Shown here: positions 50,549 to 60,788 of the stretch, in pieces
How positions within the stretch are numbered: the first letter of the stretch is position 1
Layout: each line of letters begins with the position of its first letter
Assembly: GCA_029975435.1 (NCBI GenBank)
Contig: JARKPC010000171.1
Location: forward strand, 7,647 to 71,646
DNA from: Propionivibrio sp.
GTDB taxonomy: Bacteria > Pseudomonadota > Gammaproteobacteria > Burkholderiales > Rhodocyclaceae
Direction of reading: 5' to 3'
DNA: 64,000 bases
The notes under the pieces: generated by a model
Seen by the model: the letters and a program-made list of their open reading frames with translations, nothing else
What the model was told of the DNA's origin: nothing
The model's database searches: none
Translations under genes and position numbers: made by a program

Positions 50549-51280
50549 TCACAGAACGCTGGCGAGAAAACGTCGCGTGCGCTCCTCGCGCGGATGATCG
50601 AAGACTTCCTCCGGCGTTCCTTCTTCCACCAGCACGCCTTCGTCCATGAACAGCACGCGATTGGCCACGCGGCGGGCGAAGCCCATCTCGTGGGAAACCA
50701 CCATCATGGTCATGCCTTCCTCGGCCAGTGTCTGCATGACGCTGAGCACTTCGCCAACCATTTCCGGGTCCAGCGCGGAGGTCGGTTCGTCGAAGAGCAT
50801 GATGGCCGGCTGCATGGCCAGGGCTCGCGCGATCGCTACGCGCTGCTGTTGTCCGCCTGACAACTGGTTCGGGTAGGCATCGATCTTGTCGAGCAAGCCG
50901 ACCTTGACGAGCAGGGCTCGCGCCTGTTCGCGGGCCTTCTCCAGCGGAACGCCGCGGACCTTGGTCGGCGCCAGCGTGATGTTGTCGAGCACGGTCATGT
51001 GCGGGAAGAGGTTGAAGCGCTGGAAAACCATGCCGATTTCCGAGCGCAGGGCGTCGACGTCCGTGCTGTTGTCATGGACCGAAATGCCGTGAACCAGCAC
51101 GCGCCCGCCGGATGCTTCCTCCAGGCCATTCAGGCAGCGCAGGAACGTGCTTTTTCCGGACCCCGAGGGTCCGATGACGCATACGACCTCCGAAGAGCTG
51201 ACCGAGCAGTCGATGCCGCGCAGCACTTGCAACGGCCCGAAGTTCTTGGTCAGTCCCTCAACGCGTATCACCTCGTCCAT
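50549..51280 (-). CDS. Polar amino-acid ABC transporter ATPase
   Basis: [28 protein letters not shown]. Confidence 0.93.
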   Translation of the reverse strand: MDEVIRVEGLTKNFGPLQVLRGIDCSVSSSEVVCVIGPSGSGKSTFLRCLNGLEEASGGRVLVHGISVHDNSTDVDALRSEIGMVFQRFNLFPHMTVLDNITLAPTKVRGVPLEKAREQARALLVKVGLLDKIDAYPNQLSGGQQQRVAIARALAMQPAIMLFDEPTSALDPEMVGEVLSVMQTLAEEGMTMMVVSHEMGFARRVANRVLFMDEGVLVEEGTPEEVFDHPREERTRRFLASVL

Positions 51281-52025
51281 AACGAGCCTCCAGTCTCTTT
51301 ACCGCCCAGGCGAGGCCCAGCGTCAGTGTCCAGTACATCAACGAAATCGAAAGATAGGGTTCCCAGTAGCGGGAATAGGCGCCGGCCACGGTACGGGCCG
51401 TGTAGGCCAGTTCGGCCAAGCCGATGGCCGAGATCAGCGAGGAATCCTTGAGCAGGGCGATGGCGTTGTTGCCGAGCGGCGGTAGCATGCGCCGGAAGGC
51501 CTGCGGCAACACGACGTGGTACATCGTTCTCGCGAACGAAAGTCCCAGAGAGCGCGAGGCTTCGATCTGCCCCCGATCGATCGACTGGATCCCCGCGCGA
51601 AAGATCTCGGAGATGTAGGCGCCCGAGTTGAGTGTCAGCGCGAGGATTCCGGAGATGAACGCGCCGTAGTTCTGTTTCAGGCTGCGCGCCGTTTCCCCTG
51701 AAATCAGCAGTCCGTCCGCCGGATTGATGAACAGCGGCAGGACGGCGAAATGGATCAGCAGGATCTGCACGAACAGCGGGGTGCCGCGGAAAAAGCTGAC
51801 ATACACCGTCGACGGCCAGCGCAAGAGATAGCGGCAGATCTGCCGGGCCGGGGAGTGTCGGGCATCGGCCAGGCGGGCCAGCCCGATGGCCAGGCCCAGC
51901 GCGGTGCCCTGCACGATGCAGATAACGGTGACGAGGATGGTCATTTGCAGGCCACGCCAGAACATCACCCCGTATTCGGCGATGATGTCGGCGCGGAACC
52001 ATCCGAACCAGAGGATCGGTTCCAT
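51258..52025 (-). CDS. Polar amino-acid ABC transporter permease
   Basis: [33 protein letters not shown]. Confidence 0.92.
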   Translation of the reverse strand: MEPILWFGWFRADIIAEYGVMFWRGLQMTILVTVICIVQGTALGLAIGLARLADARHSPARQICRYLLRWPSTVYVSFFRGTPLFVQILLIHFAVLPLFINPADGLLISGETARSLKQNYGAFISGILALTLNSGAYISEIFRAGIQSIDRGQIEASRSLGLSFARTMYHVVLPQAFRRMLPPLGNNAIALLKDSSLISAIGLAELAYTARTVAGAYSRYWEPYLSISLMYWTLTLGLAWAVKRLEARYGRGDTR

Positions 52026-52045
52026 GAATTGGCGTCAGTTTCCGG

Positions 52046-52813
52046 TTATTGCGCAGGCAGTGCCGGGGCTTCAGACTGGAACCAGGTCTTGTAGATCTTC
52101 GCGTAGGTGCCGTCCGCCTTGATCGCGGCCAGCCCGGCATTGAGCTTGTCGAGCAGTGCCTTGTTGCCCTGCTTGACGACGATGCCGAAGTACTCCTTCG
52201 GGAAGTTCGGATCGCTCACCGTCTTCAGTTGCTTGTGCTCCTGTACGCGGAAAGCGATGACGCCGTTGTCGCCGATGACGGCATCGACGCCGCTGTTGGC
52301 CAGTTCGGATATGGCCACCGGGGTGCTCTCGAAGCGCTTGATGTCCGGGCTGGTCTTGCCGAATTCGCGCGAGGCGATGTCGTCGCCCGTGCTGCCGGTG
52401 ACCACGCCGACCTTCTTGCCGGCCAGATCCTTCAGGCTCTTCGCGGTGCTGTCCTTATGCACGCCGATGAGTTGCCGCGCTTCAAAGTAGGGGGCGGTGA
52501 AGTCGTAGGACTGCTTGCGCTTCTCGTTGATCGTTACGCCGGAAATGACCAGGTCGACGTCGCCGTTGTTCAGCGCGGCGAAGATGCCGGTCCATGGCGT
52601 ATTGACGATCTTGATCTGCAGGCCGGCCTTCTGGGCCACGGCCTTGATGATGTCCACGTCGTAGCCGACGATCTCCTTTGCCGGGTTTTCGTAGGCAAAC
52701 GGGCGATAGGTGGCGCTGGAGCCGACCACGAGTTCCTTGGTCTGGGCATGGACGTTGCCGGCCACGAGGGCAAGCAAGCCGAGGGGAAGAAGGAGCTTCT
52801 TGAGTAGGTTCAT
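52046..52813 (-). CDS. Polar amino-acid ABC substrate-binding protein
   Basis: Signal peptide; ATYRPF, GYDVD, ISGVTINEKRK, FTAPY. Confidence 0.92.
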   Translation of the reverse strand: MNLLKKLLLPLGLLALVAGNVHAQTKELVVGSSATYRPFAYENPAKEIVGYDVDIIKAVAQKAGLQIKIVNTPWTGIFAALNNGDVDLVISGVTINEKRKQSYDFTAPYFEARQLIGVHKDSTAKSLKDLAGKKVGVVTGSTGDDIASREFGKTSPDIKRFESTPVAISELANSGVDAVIGDNGVIAFRVQEHKQLKTVSDPNFPKEYFGIVVKQGNKALLDKLNAGLAAIKADGTYAKIYKTWFQSEAPALPAQ

Positions 52814-53011
52814 GGTGTTCTTCCGTGAAATAAAAGTGATGGATGCAGCCTTTGGGACTGCGCCGCGCGGGTGTCGGGGCGTGCCTGGTATTGTAATTGC
52901 AAAGACGGTCAAGTGACTTGGCGGAGCGGATTTTTGGCGGTGCTCATCACTGTTGCATCTCCGGGATGTTCGGTATAGTCGCAGACCTTCCGCAAGCATT
53001 TCCCGTTTGAC

Positions 53012-53755
53012 ATGCCGCCCTCGATCGAACCAGCCCGCCTGACCTTTGCCCCGGACGGAACGCCTGTTTCGGAAACGTATGGCGATGTCTATCATTCGGC
53101 AGCCGGTGGCCATGACCAGGCGCGGCATGTGTTCCTGGCTGGAAACGGGCTGCCGGAGCGTTGGCGCGGTCGGGATTCGTTCAGCGTGCTGGAAACCGGC
53201 TTCGGCCTGGGCCTGAATTTCATGGCCACGTGGCTGGCCTGGCGCAACGATCCGCAACGCTGCCGAACCCTGGAATTCATTTCTGTCGAAAAGCACCCGT
53301 TTTCGTCGGGAGACTTGGCGATTGCCCATGCCGCGTGGTCCGAATTCGCCTCGTTGTCAGGGCTGCTATGCACTCGCTGGCCTTCGCTGATCGCCGGCGA
53401 GCACCGGGTCGAACTGGATCACGGGCACTGCATCCTCCGGCTCGTTTTTGGCGATGCCGTGGAGCAACTGCCGCGACTCGATGCGGCGGCCGATGCGATT
53501 TATCTCGACGGCTTCTCCCCGGCAAGGAATCCCGAGCTCTGGTCGCCGGAGGTTTGCCACGCATTGGCGCGCTTGGCGAGTCCGGGAACGACCCTGGCGA
53601 CCTGGTCGGTCGCCGGTCAGGTGCGTCGGTCGCTCAGCGCCGCCGGGTTCATGCTGGAAAAACGTCCGGGGTTCGCCGGCAAGCGCCAGATGCTGGCCGG
53701 GAGGTATGTCTCGGATCGGTCATCACCTTTTTACGATCAGGGGAAAAAGGCGTAG
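53012..53755 (+). CDS. mnmD: Stand-alone mnm5s2U34 methyltransferase (MnmC2/MnmD domain only)
   Basis: [47 protein letters not shown]; stops before any FAD domain. Confidence 0.85.
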   Translation: MPPSIEPARLTFAPDGTPVSETYGDVYHSAAGGHDQARHVFLAGNGLPERWRGRDSFSVLETGFGLGLNFMATWLAWRNDPQRCRTLEFISVEKHPFSSGDLAIAHAAWSEFASLSGLLCTRWPSLIAGEHRVELDHGHCILRLVFGDAVEQLPRLDAAADAIYLDGFSPARNPELWSPEVCHALARLASPGTTLATWSVAGQVRRSLSAAGFMLEKRPGFAGKRQMLAGRYVSDRSSPFYDQGKKA

Positions 53756-53824
53756 ACTGGCTTTTTTCAGCCACTTCCGGCCGGGAATCCCTGGTTTTCC
53801 CGGCCATATCAGCGATTAACTCCC

Positions 53825-55048
53825 ATGAAAACCAATACCTTGATGAAAAATGTCGCCGGACCGGTCGTTCCTCCCGATTTCAACAAGCTCTTTTCCGGAC
53901 GGGCGCGCGCGATCCAGAGTTCCGCCATCCGTGAAATCCTCAAGGTGACCGAGCGACCGGAAGTGATTTCGTTCGCCGGCGGCTTGCCGGCTCCGGAGAC
54001 CTTTCCCGTCAAGGAAACGCTGGCGGCGCTGGAGCGCGTGCTGACCACCAGCGGCCGTGAAGCGCTACAGTACAGCACCACGGAAGGTTTTGCCCCGCTG
54101 CGTGAATGGATCGCCGCGCGCAACAGCACGCCCGATGCGCCGGTGCATCCCGATCAGGTGCTGATGGTTTCCGGTTCGCAGCAAGGGCTGGATCTGCTGG
54201 CCAAGGTGCTGATCGATCCGGGCGATACCGTGCTGGTCGAAACGCCGACCTATCTCGGCGCGCTGCAAGCCTTCTCGCTGTTCGAGCCGAAGTACGTATC
54301 GATTGCTTCCGATGAAGACGGCGTCATGCCGGAAACGATGGGCGAATCGCTGCGCGGGGCCAAGTTCCTGTACTGCCTGCCGAACTTCCAGAACCCGACC
54401 GGGCGGCTGCTGGCCGAGGAGCGCCGCTACCGTCTCGCCGAGAAGGCTCGCGAACTCGACCTGCTGATCCTTGAGGACGACCCTTACGGCGAATTGTCCT
54501 ATGCGGGCGACACGCCGCCCTCGATCCGTTCTCTGGCGCCGGAGCGCACCGTCTATATGGGATCCTTCTCCAAGGTGCTGGCGCCCGGCATCCGCCTCGG
54601 CTACGTGATCGCCCCCGAGGCCTTGCGCGCCAAGCTCGTGCAGGCCAAGCAGGCGACCGACCTGCACACCTCAACCCTGTCGCAGATGGCAGCGTACGAA
54701 GTGGTCAAGGACGGTTTCCTCGATGCGCATATTCCGACGATCCGCAAGCTCTACAGTGACCAATGTCAGGCCATGCTGTCCGCGCTGTCCCGGCACATGC
54801 CGCAAGGCGTGCGCTGGAATACGCCCAAGGGCGGCATGTTCCTGTGGGCGGAATTGCCGAAGGGCATGGATGCCACGGCTTTGCTGGCCAAAGCCGTCGA
54901 GGAAAAGGTCGCTTTCGTGCCGGGGATGCCTTTCTTCGCCGCCAACCCGTCGATCGAATCGTTGCGCCTCGCGTTCGTGACCGTGCCGCCGCCGCGCATC
55001 GAGGAAGGGGTCAGGCGTCTGGCCGATCTGATCCGGGCGAGCCGGTAG
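53825..55048 (+). CDS. PLP-dependent class I aminotransferase (LysN/ARO8-like)
   Basis: SAIREIL, SFAGGLP, PNFQNPTG, EDDPY, GSFSKVLAPG. Confidence 0.9.
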   Translation: MKTNTLMKNVAGPVVPPDFNKLFSGRARAIQSSAIREILKVTERPEVISFAGGLPAPETFPVKETLAALERVLTTSGREALQYSTTEGFAPLREWIAARNSTPDAPVHPDQVLMVSGSQQGLDLLAKVLIDPGDTVLVETPTYLGALQAFSLFEPKYVSIASDEDGVMPETMGESLRGAKFLYCLPNFQNPTGRLLAEERRYRLAEKARELDLLILEDDPYGELSYAGDTPPSIRSLAPERTVYMGSFSKVLAPGIRLGYVIAPEALRAKLVQAKQATDLHTSTLSQMAAYEVVKDGFLDAHIPTIRKLYSDQCQAMLSALSRHMPQGVRWNTPKGGMFLWAELPKGMDATALLAKAVEEKVAFVPGMPFFAANPSIESLRLAFVTVPPPRIEEGVRRLADLIRASR

Positions 55049-55065
55049 GGGCGCGGAAGTATTCC

Positions 55066-55098
55066 TGACCCCGGCGAACGCCGGGGTCAAATTTGTTG
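55066..55098 (+). terminator. Hairpin after the aminotransferase
   Basis: TGACCCCGGCG-aa-CGCCGGGGTCA followed by AATTTGTT. Confidence 0.45.
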
Positions 55099-55117
55099 GA
55101 TTTTCTGGATTCCGGCA

Positions 55118-56539
55118 TTGGAGACCATCGACGGCTCGCGTGAGGCAACTGCCGACGATCCGCGCGCCGCAGGCGAGCGTCATTTCTTCGCGGGCGTCGA
55201 ATTTCTGGAGAGGGGCGAGAACGGCGCCGCCGAACAATGCTTTCGGGAGGCGCTGGCGCTGGCGCCCGATCTCGCCGAGGCGGCGGCGAATCTCGGCTAC
55301 CTGCTCGACAAGCGTGGAGCGCGCGACGAGGCGGAATCCTGGCTGCGCCGCGCCATCGAACTCGATCCCGATTGCCTCGAGGTGACTCTCACCCTCGGCG
55401 CGCTGCTGACCACCCTGAAACGCTTCAAGGAAGCCGAAGCTGTCTGCATGAGGGCGATCGCCCTCGCTCCAGAGTCGCCGCAAACCTGGACCAACCTCGG
55501 CGTTCTTTTTGCGAGCGTCAAGCGCGAGGCCGAGGCCGAACAATGCCAGCGCACGGCAATGGCGCTTGATCCGGGGCACCTCACCTCGCGCTTCAACCTG
55601 GCTTACGTGTTGCTCCGCCAGGGGCGCTACACGGAAGGCTGGGAATGCCTCGAAGCCCGACGCTGGTACGCTGCCTTCGCTGCCTGCATGCCCTGCCCGC
55701 GCTGGCAGGGCGAAGCGCTCGCCGGCAAATCACTGCTGGTCGGTTTCGAGGCTGGCCACGGCGACATGATCCAGTTCGTCCGCTATGTCGATGTGCTTCG
55801 CAGCCAAGGCCCGCGCGGGATCGACCTCGTATGCCACCCGCCGCTCAAGGCGCTGTTTGCAGGGCAGTGCGGCATCGACCACGTCTACGCCTTCGACGAG
55901 ACGATCCCGGACAGCGGCTGGGATTACTGGACGCCGCCGATGAGCATCCCGCATTACTGCCGGACGACACTGGACACGATTCCGGCCCGCATTCCGTACC
56001 TCGTCGCTCCGCCGGAGCGCGTTGCGGCTTGGCGAAGGCGCTTGCCGCCAGGACATCCTCGCGTCGGGCTTGCGTGGAAAGGCAACCCGCGTTTTGAGAA
56101 CGACGCCGACCGCTCGCTGCCGTCGCTCAACACGCTGGCGCCTCTGGGCGACGTCCCGGGAATCCATTTTGTCAGCCTGCAAAAAGGCGCGGGCGAGGAA
56201 GAGGCCCGACATCCGCCGCCGGGCCTGCGACTTACGAACCTCGGTCCGGAATTCAAGGATTTCGCCGATACCGCAGCTGTGGTCAGCCAACTCGACCTGG
56301 TGGTCACCATCGACACCGCCATTGCCCACCTCGCCGGCGCGCTCGGGGTCCCCTGCTGGATCATGCTTCCCTACTACCAGACGGATTGGCGCTGGCTCAC
56401 CGAGCGCGAGGATTCCCCGTGGTATCCCGACGTCGTGAGGCTGTTTCGGCAGACGAGCATGGGTGAGTGGGGGCCAGTCATATCAAGGCTCAGCGACGCC
56501 GCAGCCTTGCTGTTTCACGAAGGCAGGGTCGGCGATTGA
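55118..56539 (+). CDS. TPR repeat protein with GT9-like glycosyltransferase domain
   Basis: Tandem TPRs, GW..EAR, WQGE, GHGDMIQF, VGLAWKGNP, DLVVTIDTAIAHLAGALG. Confidence 0.85.
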   Translation: METIDGSREATADDPRAAGERHFFAGVEFLERGENGAAEQCFREALALAPDLAEAAANLGYLLDKRGARDEAESWLRRAIELDPDCLEVTLTLGALLTTLKRFKEAEAVCMRAIALAPESPQTWTNLGVLFASVKREAEAEQCQRTAMALDPGHLTSRFNLAYVLLRQGRYTEGWECLEARRWYAAFAACMPCPRWQGEALAGKSLLVGFEAGHGDMIQFVRYVDVLRSQGPRGIDLVCHPPLKALFAGQCGIDHVYAFDETIPDSGWDYWTPPMSIPHYCRTTLDTIPARIPYLVAPPERVAAWRRRLPPGHPRVGLAWKGNPRFENDADRSLPSLNTLAPLGDVPGIHFVSLQKGAGEEEARHPPPGLRLTNLGPEFKDFADTAAVVSQLDLVVTIDTAIAHLAGALGVPCWIMLPYYQTDWRWLTEREDSPWYPDVVRLFRQTSMGEWGPVISRLSDAAALLFHEGRVGD

Positions 56540-56702
56540 GTTGCGCTGGCAAGAGCATTTCCCGGCCGCCTTCATCGGAAGGAAAAATGGAAGAGTTGCC
56601 GGGGGCATGACTGCCCCCGCGCTGCGGTGGATTGCCCGCGGAAACCTGCGGTACCTCCGGGCTTCCCGCAAGGAAGTCCGGGTTCTTGTTCGGCGCGAGA
56701 GA

Positions 56703-58097
56703 CTACGCGGCTGCGGCCAGCCGCTTGATCACGACTTCGCGCGGGAACAGGGCAACCACGGCATCGACCGACGGCGTCTGCGCCTGGCCGGTGAGCAGTA
56801 TCCGCAGCGGCATCGCCAGCTTCGGCATCTTGAGGCCGTGGGCACCGATGCAGGACTTGATCAGCGCGCCGATGGCCGGCGCTTCCCAGGCAACCTCGCG
56901 GATTCCGGCGATAAAATCAGCCAGCGCTGGCTTGGCTTCCGGCGTCAGGTGCTGCGCAAGCAACTCGGCGTTCGGCGTGAGATCGATGTAGAACACTTCG
57001 GCGGCGTCGGCCAACTCGTTCAAGTTGCTGATGCGTTCCTTGTACAGTCCGATGATTGCCTCGAGCGATGGTGTGTCGGTGACGCTGACTTCGCGCGCTT
57101 CCAGACGCGGCCTGACCAGCCCGGCCAGGCGGGCGTTGTCGGTCTGCTTGATGTAATGGGCATTGAGCCAGTTCAGTTTTTCAGTGTTGAACTGCGCGGC
57201 CGACGGCGTGATGTGATCGAGGTCGAACCACGCGCAGAACTGTTCCATCGAGAAGACTTCGTCGTCACCGTGCGACCAGCCGAGGCGGGCGAGGTAGTTG
57301 AGCACCGCTTCCGGCAGGTAGCCGTCCTCGTGGTACTGCATGACGCTCACCGCGCCATGGCGCTTGGACAGCTTCTGCCCGTCATCGCCGAGGATCATCG
57401 ACAGGTGCGCGTACAGCGGCACTTCGGCGCCGAGCGCCTTGAGGATGTTGATCTGGCGCGGCGTGTTGTTGACGTGGTCGTCCCCCCGGATGACGTGCGT
57501 GATCTTCATGTCCCAGTCATCGACGACGACGCAGAAGTTGTACGTCGGCGTACCGTCCTGACGGGCGATGATCAGGTCGTCGAGTTCGGCATTGGCGATT
57601 TCAATGCGGCCCTTGACCAGGTCGTTCCAGGCGACGACGCCTTCGGTAGGGTTCTTGAAGCGAATGACCGGAAGTACTCCCGCAGGGGGCGTCGGCAGCG
57701 TCTTGCCCGGCTCCGGTCGCCAAGTACCGTCGTAGCGGGGCTTGAGTCCCTTGGCGCGTTGCTCCTCACGCATTGCGTCGAGTTCTTCCTGTGTCGTGTA
57801 GCAGCAATAGGCATGGCCGTCGGCGAGCATCTGCCGGAGTGCTTCCTTGTAGCGATCCATGCGTTGCATTTGGTAGAACGGGCCTTCGTCGTGTGCCAGG
57901 CCCAGCCAGTTCATTCCGTCGATGATTGCCTGAACGGCTGCGGGCGTCGAACGTGCGACGTCCGTGTCCTCGATACGCAACACGAACTGGCCTCCGTGAT
58001 GGCGGGCGAAGGCCCAGGAGAACAGCGCCGTGCGTGCGCCGCCAATGTGCAGGAAGCCGGTCGGGGAAGGAGCGAAACGTGTGCGGATCATGGTCAT
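56703..58097 (-). CDS. gltX: Glutamate--tRNA ligase
   Basis: [31 protein letters not shown]. Confidence 0.97.
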   Translation of the reverse strand: MTMIRTRFAPSPTGFLHIGGARTALFSWAFARHHGGQFVLRIEDTDVARSTPAAVQAIIDGMNWLGLAHDEGPFYQMQRMDRYKEALRQMLADGHAYCCYTTQEELDAMREEQRAKGLKPRYDGTWRPEPGKTLPTPPAGVLPVIRFKNPTEGVVAWNDLVKGRIEIANAELDDLIIARQDGTPTYNFCVVVDDWDMKITHVIRGDDHVNNTPRQINILKALGAEVPLYAHLSMILGDDGQKLSKRHGAVSVMQYHEDGYLPEAVLNYLARLGWSHGDDEVFSMEQFCAWFDLDHITPSAAQFNTEKLNWLNAHYIKQTDNARLAGLVRPRLEAREVSVTDTPSLEAIIGLYKERISNLNELADAAEVFYIDLTPNAELLAQHLTPEAKPALADFIAGIREVAWEAPAIGALIKSCIGAHGLKMPKLAMPLRILLTGQAQTPSVDAVVALFPREVVIKRLAAAA

Positions 58098-58197
58098 GGG
58101 CCGGGAAGCAAAAGGCCGTATTGTAAAGGATGTTCAATCCGGCACGAACGAGCGGACGGCCTTGCGGCCGTCCGGCATGGGATGTTGCCCTTGTTGC

Positions 58198-58743
58198 TCA
58201 GTAACCTGGAGGCGGGGGCGGAGGATTTCCGCTTGGAGGCGGAGGAATGTTCTTCCCGTCCGTTGTGGCCGGCGGCGAATAGGCTGATGGCGTCTGCTGC
58301 AGTGAACGGGCCATTTCGGCGGAAACCGGAACCTTGTGTCCCCGGGCGTACATGCACTGGACGTAGGCGTTGTCGTACTGGCGCTGGGTGCCGTAACCTG
58401 AACGCTGTGCCGAGTCGACCCCGACCATGGAGCCGACGATGAGTCCCATTCCGGCGCCAACGCCTGCGCCGCTCTTGCCGTCGATGGCTGCGCCGGCGGC
58501 CGCGCCGATTGCCGTGGCGACGGCGGCGCTGCGCGCGGCGGATTCATCTGCGGCTTGTTGCGCCGTCGTGCCGCCAATCTGCTGGAACGCGTAGCGCTGG
58601 CATTCAGCGTCGTCAGAACGGAACTGGTCGAAAGTCTTGCTCGACCCGGGCAGGGCCATCAAGCTTGGGCCGGTCGGCATGCTGGCGCAGCCGCCGAGGA
58701 TCAGTGCGGCGGCGAGCGCGATCGCAATGTGTGTGTGTTTCAT
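58198..58743 (-). CDS. Glycine-zipper lipoprotein (YMGG-like)
   Basis: Lipobox LGG-C, GAAAGAAI glycine zipper, YVQCM, Pro-rich tail. Confidence 0.8.
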   Translation of the reverse strand: MKHTHIAIALAAALILGGCASMPTGPSLMALPGSSKTFDQFRSDDAECQRYAFQQIGGTTAQQAADESAARSAAVATAIGAAAGAAIDGKSGAGVGAGMGLIVGSMVGVDSAQRSGYGTQRQYDNAYVQCMYARGHKVPVSAEMARSLQQTPSAYSPPATTDGKNIPPPPSGNPPPPPPGY

Positions 58744-58771
58744 GATCGATTTCTCCGAATCGGACCTGATG

Positions 58772-59119
58772 CTAAGGTCGAGGCAGGACCTTCATCCATC
58801 CGTCCGGACATTCCTTGACATTCGGATAGTAACCGCCTCTCGACTGGCAGTAATACCAGTAGTCGGTCCTTGCGCCTGTCTCCGCGGGCGGGGTTTGTTC
58901 AATGTATACGGGCGGTGCTGTGCGCTCGATGACCACGGGCGGATAATAGGGCGGATAGTAATAATAGGGCGGCGGATAGTACCACGGCCCCCAATACGGG
59001 CCGACAACCACTCCGACGCCAACACTGCCGTGGTAGTGACCTCTGTCGGCAAAAGCATTGCCGATACCGGCCACGCTCAACATCAGCAATGCTGCAATTG
59101 CAAGGAATCGTCTGCTCAT
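58772..59119 (-). CDS. Secreted Pro/Tyr-rich hypothetical protein
   Basis: Signal peptide AFA, YYPPPYYY, YWYYC...YYPNVKECPDGW. Confidence 0.75.
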   Translation of the reverse strand: MSRRFLAIAALLMLSVAGIGNAFADRGHYHGSVGVGVVVGPYWGPWYYPPPYYYYPPYYPPVVIERTAPPVYIEQTPPAETGARTDYWYYCQSRGGYYPNVKECPDGWMKVLPRP

Positions 59120-59331
59120 GGCATTCCCCTAGCTTCCTTTCAAAATCATGGTCAGCGCAAATATCGCTCGACCAGCTACGATTATTCTGACCTCTTTCAC
59201 GGGGAAGGGAAGGATTTCCGGGCAACTATTTGTAAGGAATTGTGTCGATTTTTTTCCGGGATCAGCGCGCGAAAATCCAATACGGCTCGCCCGCGGCACC
59301 ACATCAAGTATCGGGTCGCCTCATCTTAAAT

Positions 59332-59360
59332 TTGACCGTAGGATGTTGTTATGGTTTAAT
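59332..59360 (+). promoter_or_regulatory. Sigma70 promoter of tRNA-Val
   Basis: TTGACC-17 bp-TTTAAT, 14 nt upstream of the tRNA. Confidence 0.65.
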
Positions 59361-59374
59361 CCTGCCCCTCCAAC

Positions 59375-59449
59375 GGGCGGTTAGCTCAGCGGTAGAGCAC
59401 TGCCTTCACACGGCAGGGGTCACTGGTTCGATCCCAGTACCGCCCACCA
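59375..59449 (+). tRNA. tRNA-Val(CAC)
   Basis: GGGCGGTTAGCTCAG...CTGCC-TTCACAC-GGCAG...GTTCGATCC...CCA; 75 nt. Confidence 0.97.
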
Positions 59450-59465
59450 GTAAAATCAAGCACTT

Positions 59466-59490
59466 AGGCCGCTTTTAAAGTGGCCTTTTT
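59466..59490 (+). terminator. Terminator after tRNA-Val
   Basis: AGGCCGCT-tttaa-AGTGGCCT followed by a T-run. Confidence 0.65.
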
Positions 59491-59571
59491 GCTGTGTACG
59501 GAAAATATACGGAATAGTGATCTTGTCGTACGAGGCGATTTCTGGCGCTTCATTTCTGACTTCACCCTCAT

Positions 59572-59700
59572 GTTCGCGCTGCTTACAACCAAGTAGAATA
59601 CCTTCCAGAAAGGGCAAATACGATGCAGTTGTGGGCGGATTATCTCGACAAGCTCAAAGCCGAAGCAGAAATCGTACCGCTACATGGTAATGCCGCGTAG
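59572..59700 (+). pseudogene. C-terminal remnant of a P4-type tyrosine integrase
   Basis: Manual translation VRAAYNQVEYLPERANTMQLWADYLDKLKAEAEIVPLHGNAA*; in-frame TGA at 59557 just upstream. Confidence 0.85.
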
Positions 59701-59816
59701 ATATCTCTTGTGATAACCCAAACGCCGTTAAGGCAGCGACTGTACGCTGCAAGAAGAAAATTTCCACCTGATACATTGTTGAACAGAATCACAGCACTAC
59801 TTCTGGAAAATCTGTA

Positions 59817-60455
59817 ATGGACAAGCAGAATGACATCCAATCTCTGTTGAAGATGATCAATCGATTTGTGCCACCCGACCGGTCAGAGGAATTCCGAGTT
59901 GAAGTTAAGGATATTTCCACATTACTAAATGAATTTCAGTCATTTTCGATCCCTAACTACGATGATGGCTACGCTAAATATAGGCAAGAACTTGAACGAG
60001 ACAACCTTTCAAGAGATGAACTAGTTCTACGCCTTGCCGACAGACTAGCTTGGTTTGATGTGGTAGAAGCTCACCGTGCAGCCCTCAAAGCACAGGTGAA
60101 CCTGAGCAACAAACTACTATCCATATCAAAAAAACTACTCGAACATGCAAGCAGCACATGGAGCATGAGAGAAACACTTTCAGAAGTAGCGGCAGACCTC
60201 AATTCGTCGGCTTCATACTATGATGGGATGTCTGATGGCCGTGATAGACAACAATCAGCTTTCGGGAAAAAAGGTGCCGTCACCTTGGACTCTCGCCCCG
60301 GCGGTTCGAGAGAAAAACGCGAGAAAATCCGACAGATTTGGGCGACGGGGAAGTACCTAAAGAAGGATGTATGTGCCGAGCAAGAATGCGCAGCTCTTGA
60401 TATGTCCTTCTCAACGGCGCGCAAAGCACTGCGGAATATGCCCAACCCTCCTTAG
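59817..60455 (+). CDS. Hypothetical AT-rich protein with possible C-terminal HTH
   Basis: 212-aa ORF with atypical codon usage; helical; ends ECAALDMSFSTARKAL. Confidence 0.7.
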   Translation: MDKQNDIQSLLKMINRFVPPDRSEEFRVEVKDISTLLNEFQSFSIPNYDDGYAKYRQELERDNLSRDELVLRLADRLAWFDVVEAHRAALKAQVNLSNKLLSISKKLLEHASSTWSMRETLSEVAADLNSSASYYDGMSDGRDRQQSAFGKKGAVTLDSRPGGSREKREKIRQIWATGKYLKKDVCAEQECAALDMSFSTARKALRNMPNPP

Positions 60456-60491
60456 CCGCTGCCGGCACAGGCTAGCCGCTGCCGGCACAGG
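60453..60491. repeat. Tandem direct repeat, 19 bp x2 (period 20)
   Basis: TAGCCGCTGCCGGCACAGG at 60453-60471 and 60473-60491. Confidence 0.95.
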
Positions 60492-60557
60492 TGATTCTGC
60501 CGAGTAACGGAAAAGAGGATCGTGGCACCGTCTTAACTCACATAAGGACGGACGCAA

Positions 60558-60788
60558 TTGAACCACCTTCCCGAAACCGGCTTTCTTCGCCTACGCCAAA
60601 TCATTGGCGATCCCTTTTCTATTCCGCCGATCCCCCCGCTCATCCCGGTCAAAAAATCCTGCTGGTGGGCCGGCGTCAAGAGTGGACGTTTCCCCAAACC
60701 CGTGAAACTTGGGCCACGCATCACCGTCTGGCCTGTCGAGGGTATTCGCGACCTGATCGAGAGTGCAAAAGGGGGCGTCGATGAGTAA
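60558..60788 (+). CDS. alpA: AlpA family regulator/excisionase
   Basis: FLRLRQII...WWAGVKSGRFPKPVKLGPRITVW; AAGGA RBS before TTG. Confidence 0.88.
   Translation: MNHLPETGFLRLRQIIGDPFSIPPIPPLIPVKKSCWWAGVKSGRFPKPVKLGPRITVWPVEGIRDLIESAKGGVDE

Noticed and set aside
52813-53329. Long N-terminal extension of the amino-acid binding protein (likewise extended starts for aas, the isochorismatase and ychJ)
   Set aside because: Extensions overlap neighbouring genes; internal starts with signal peptides or RBS fit better.
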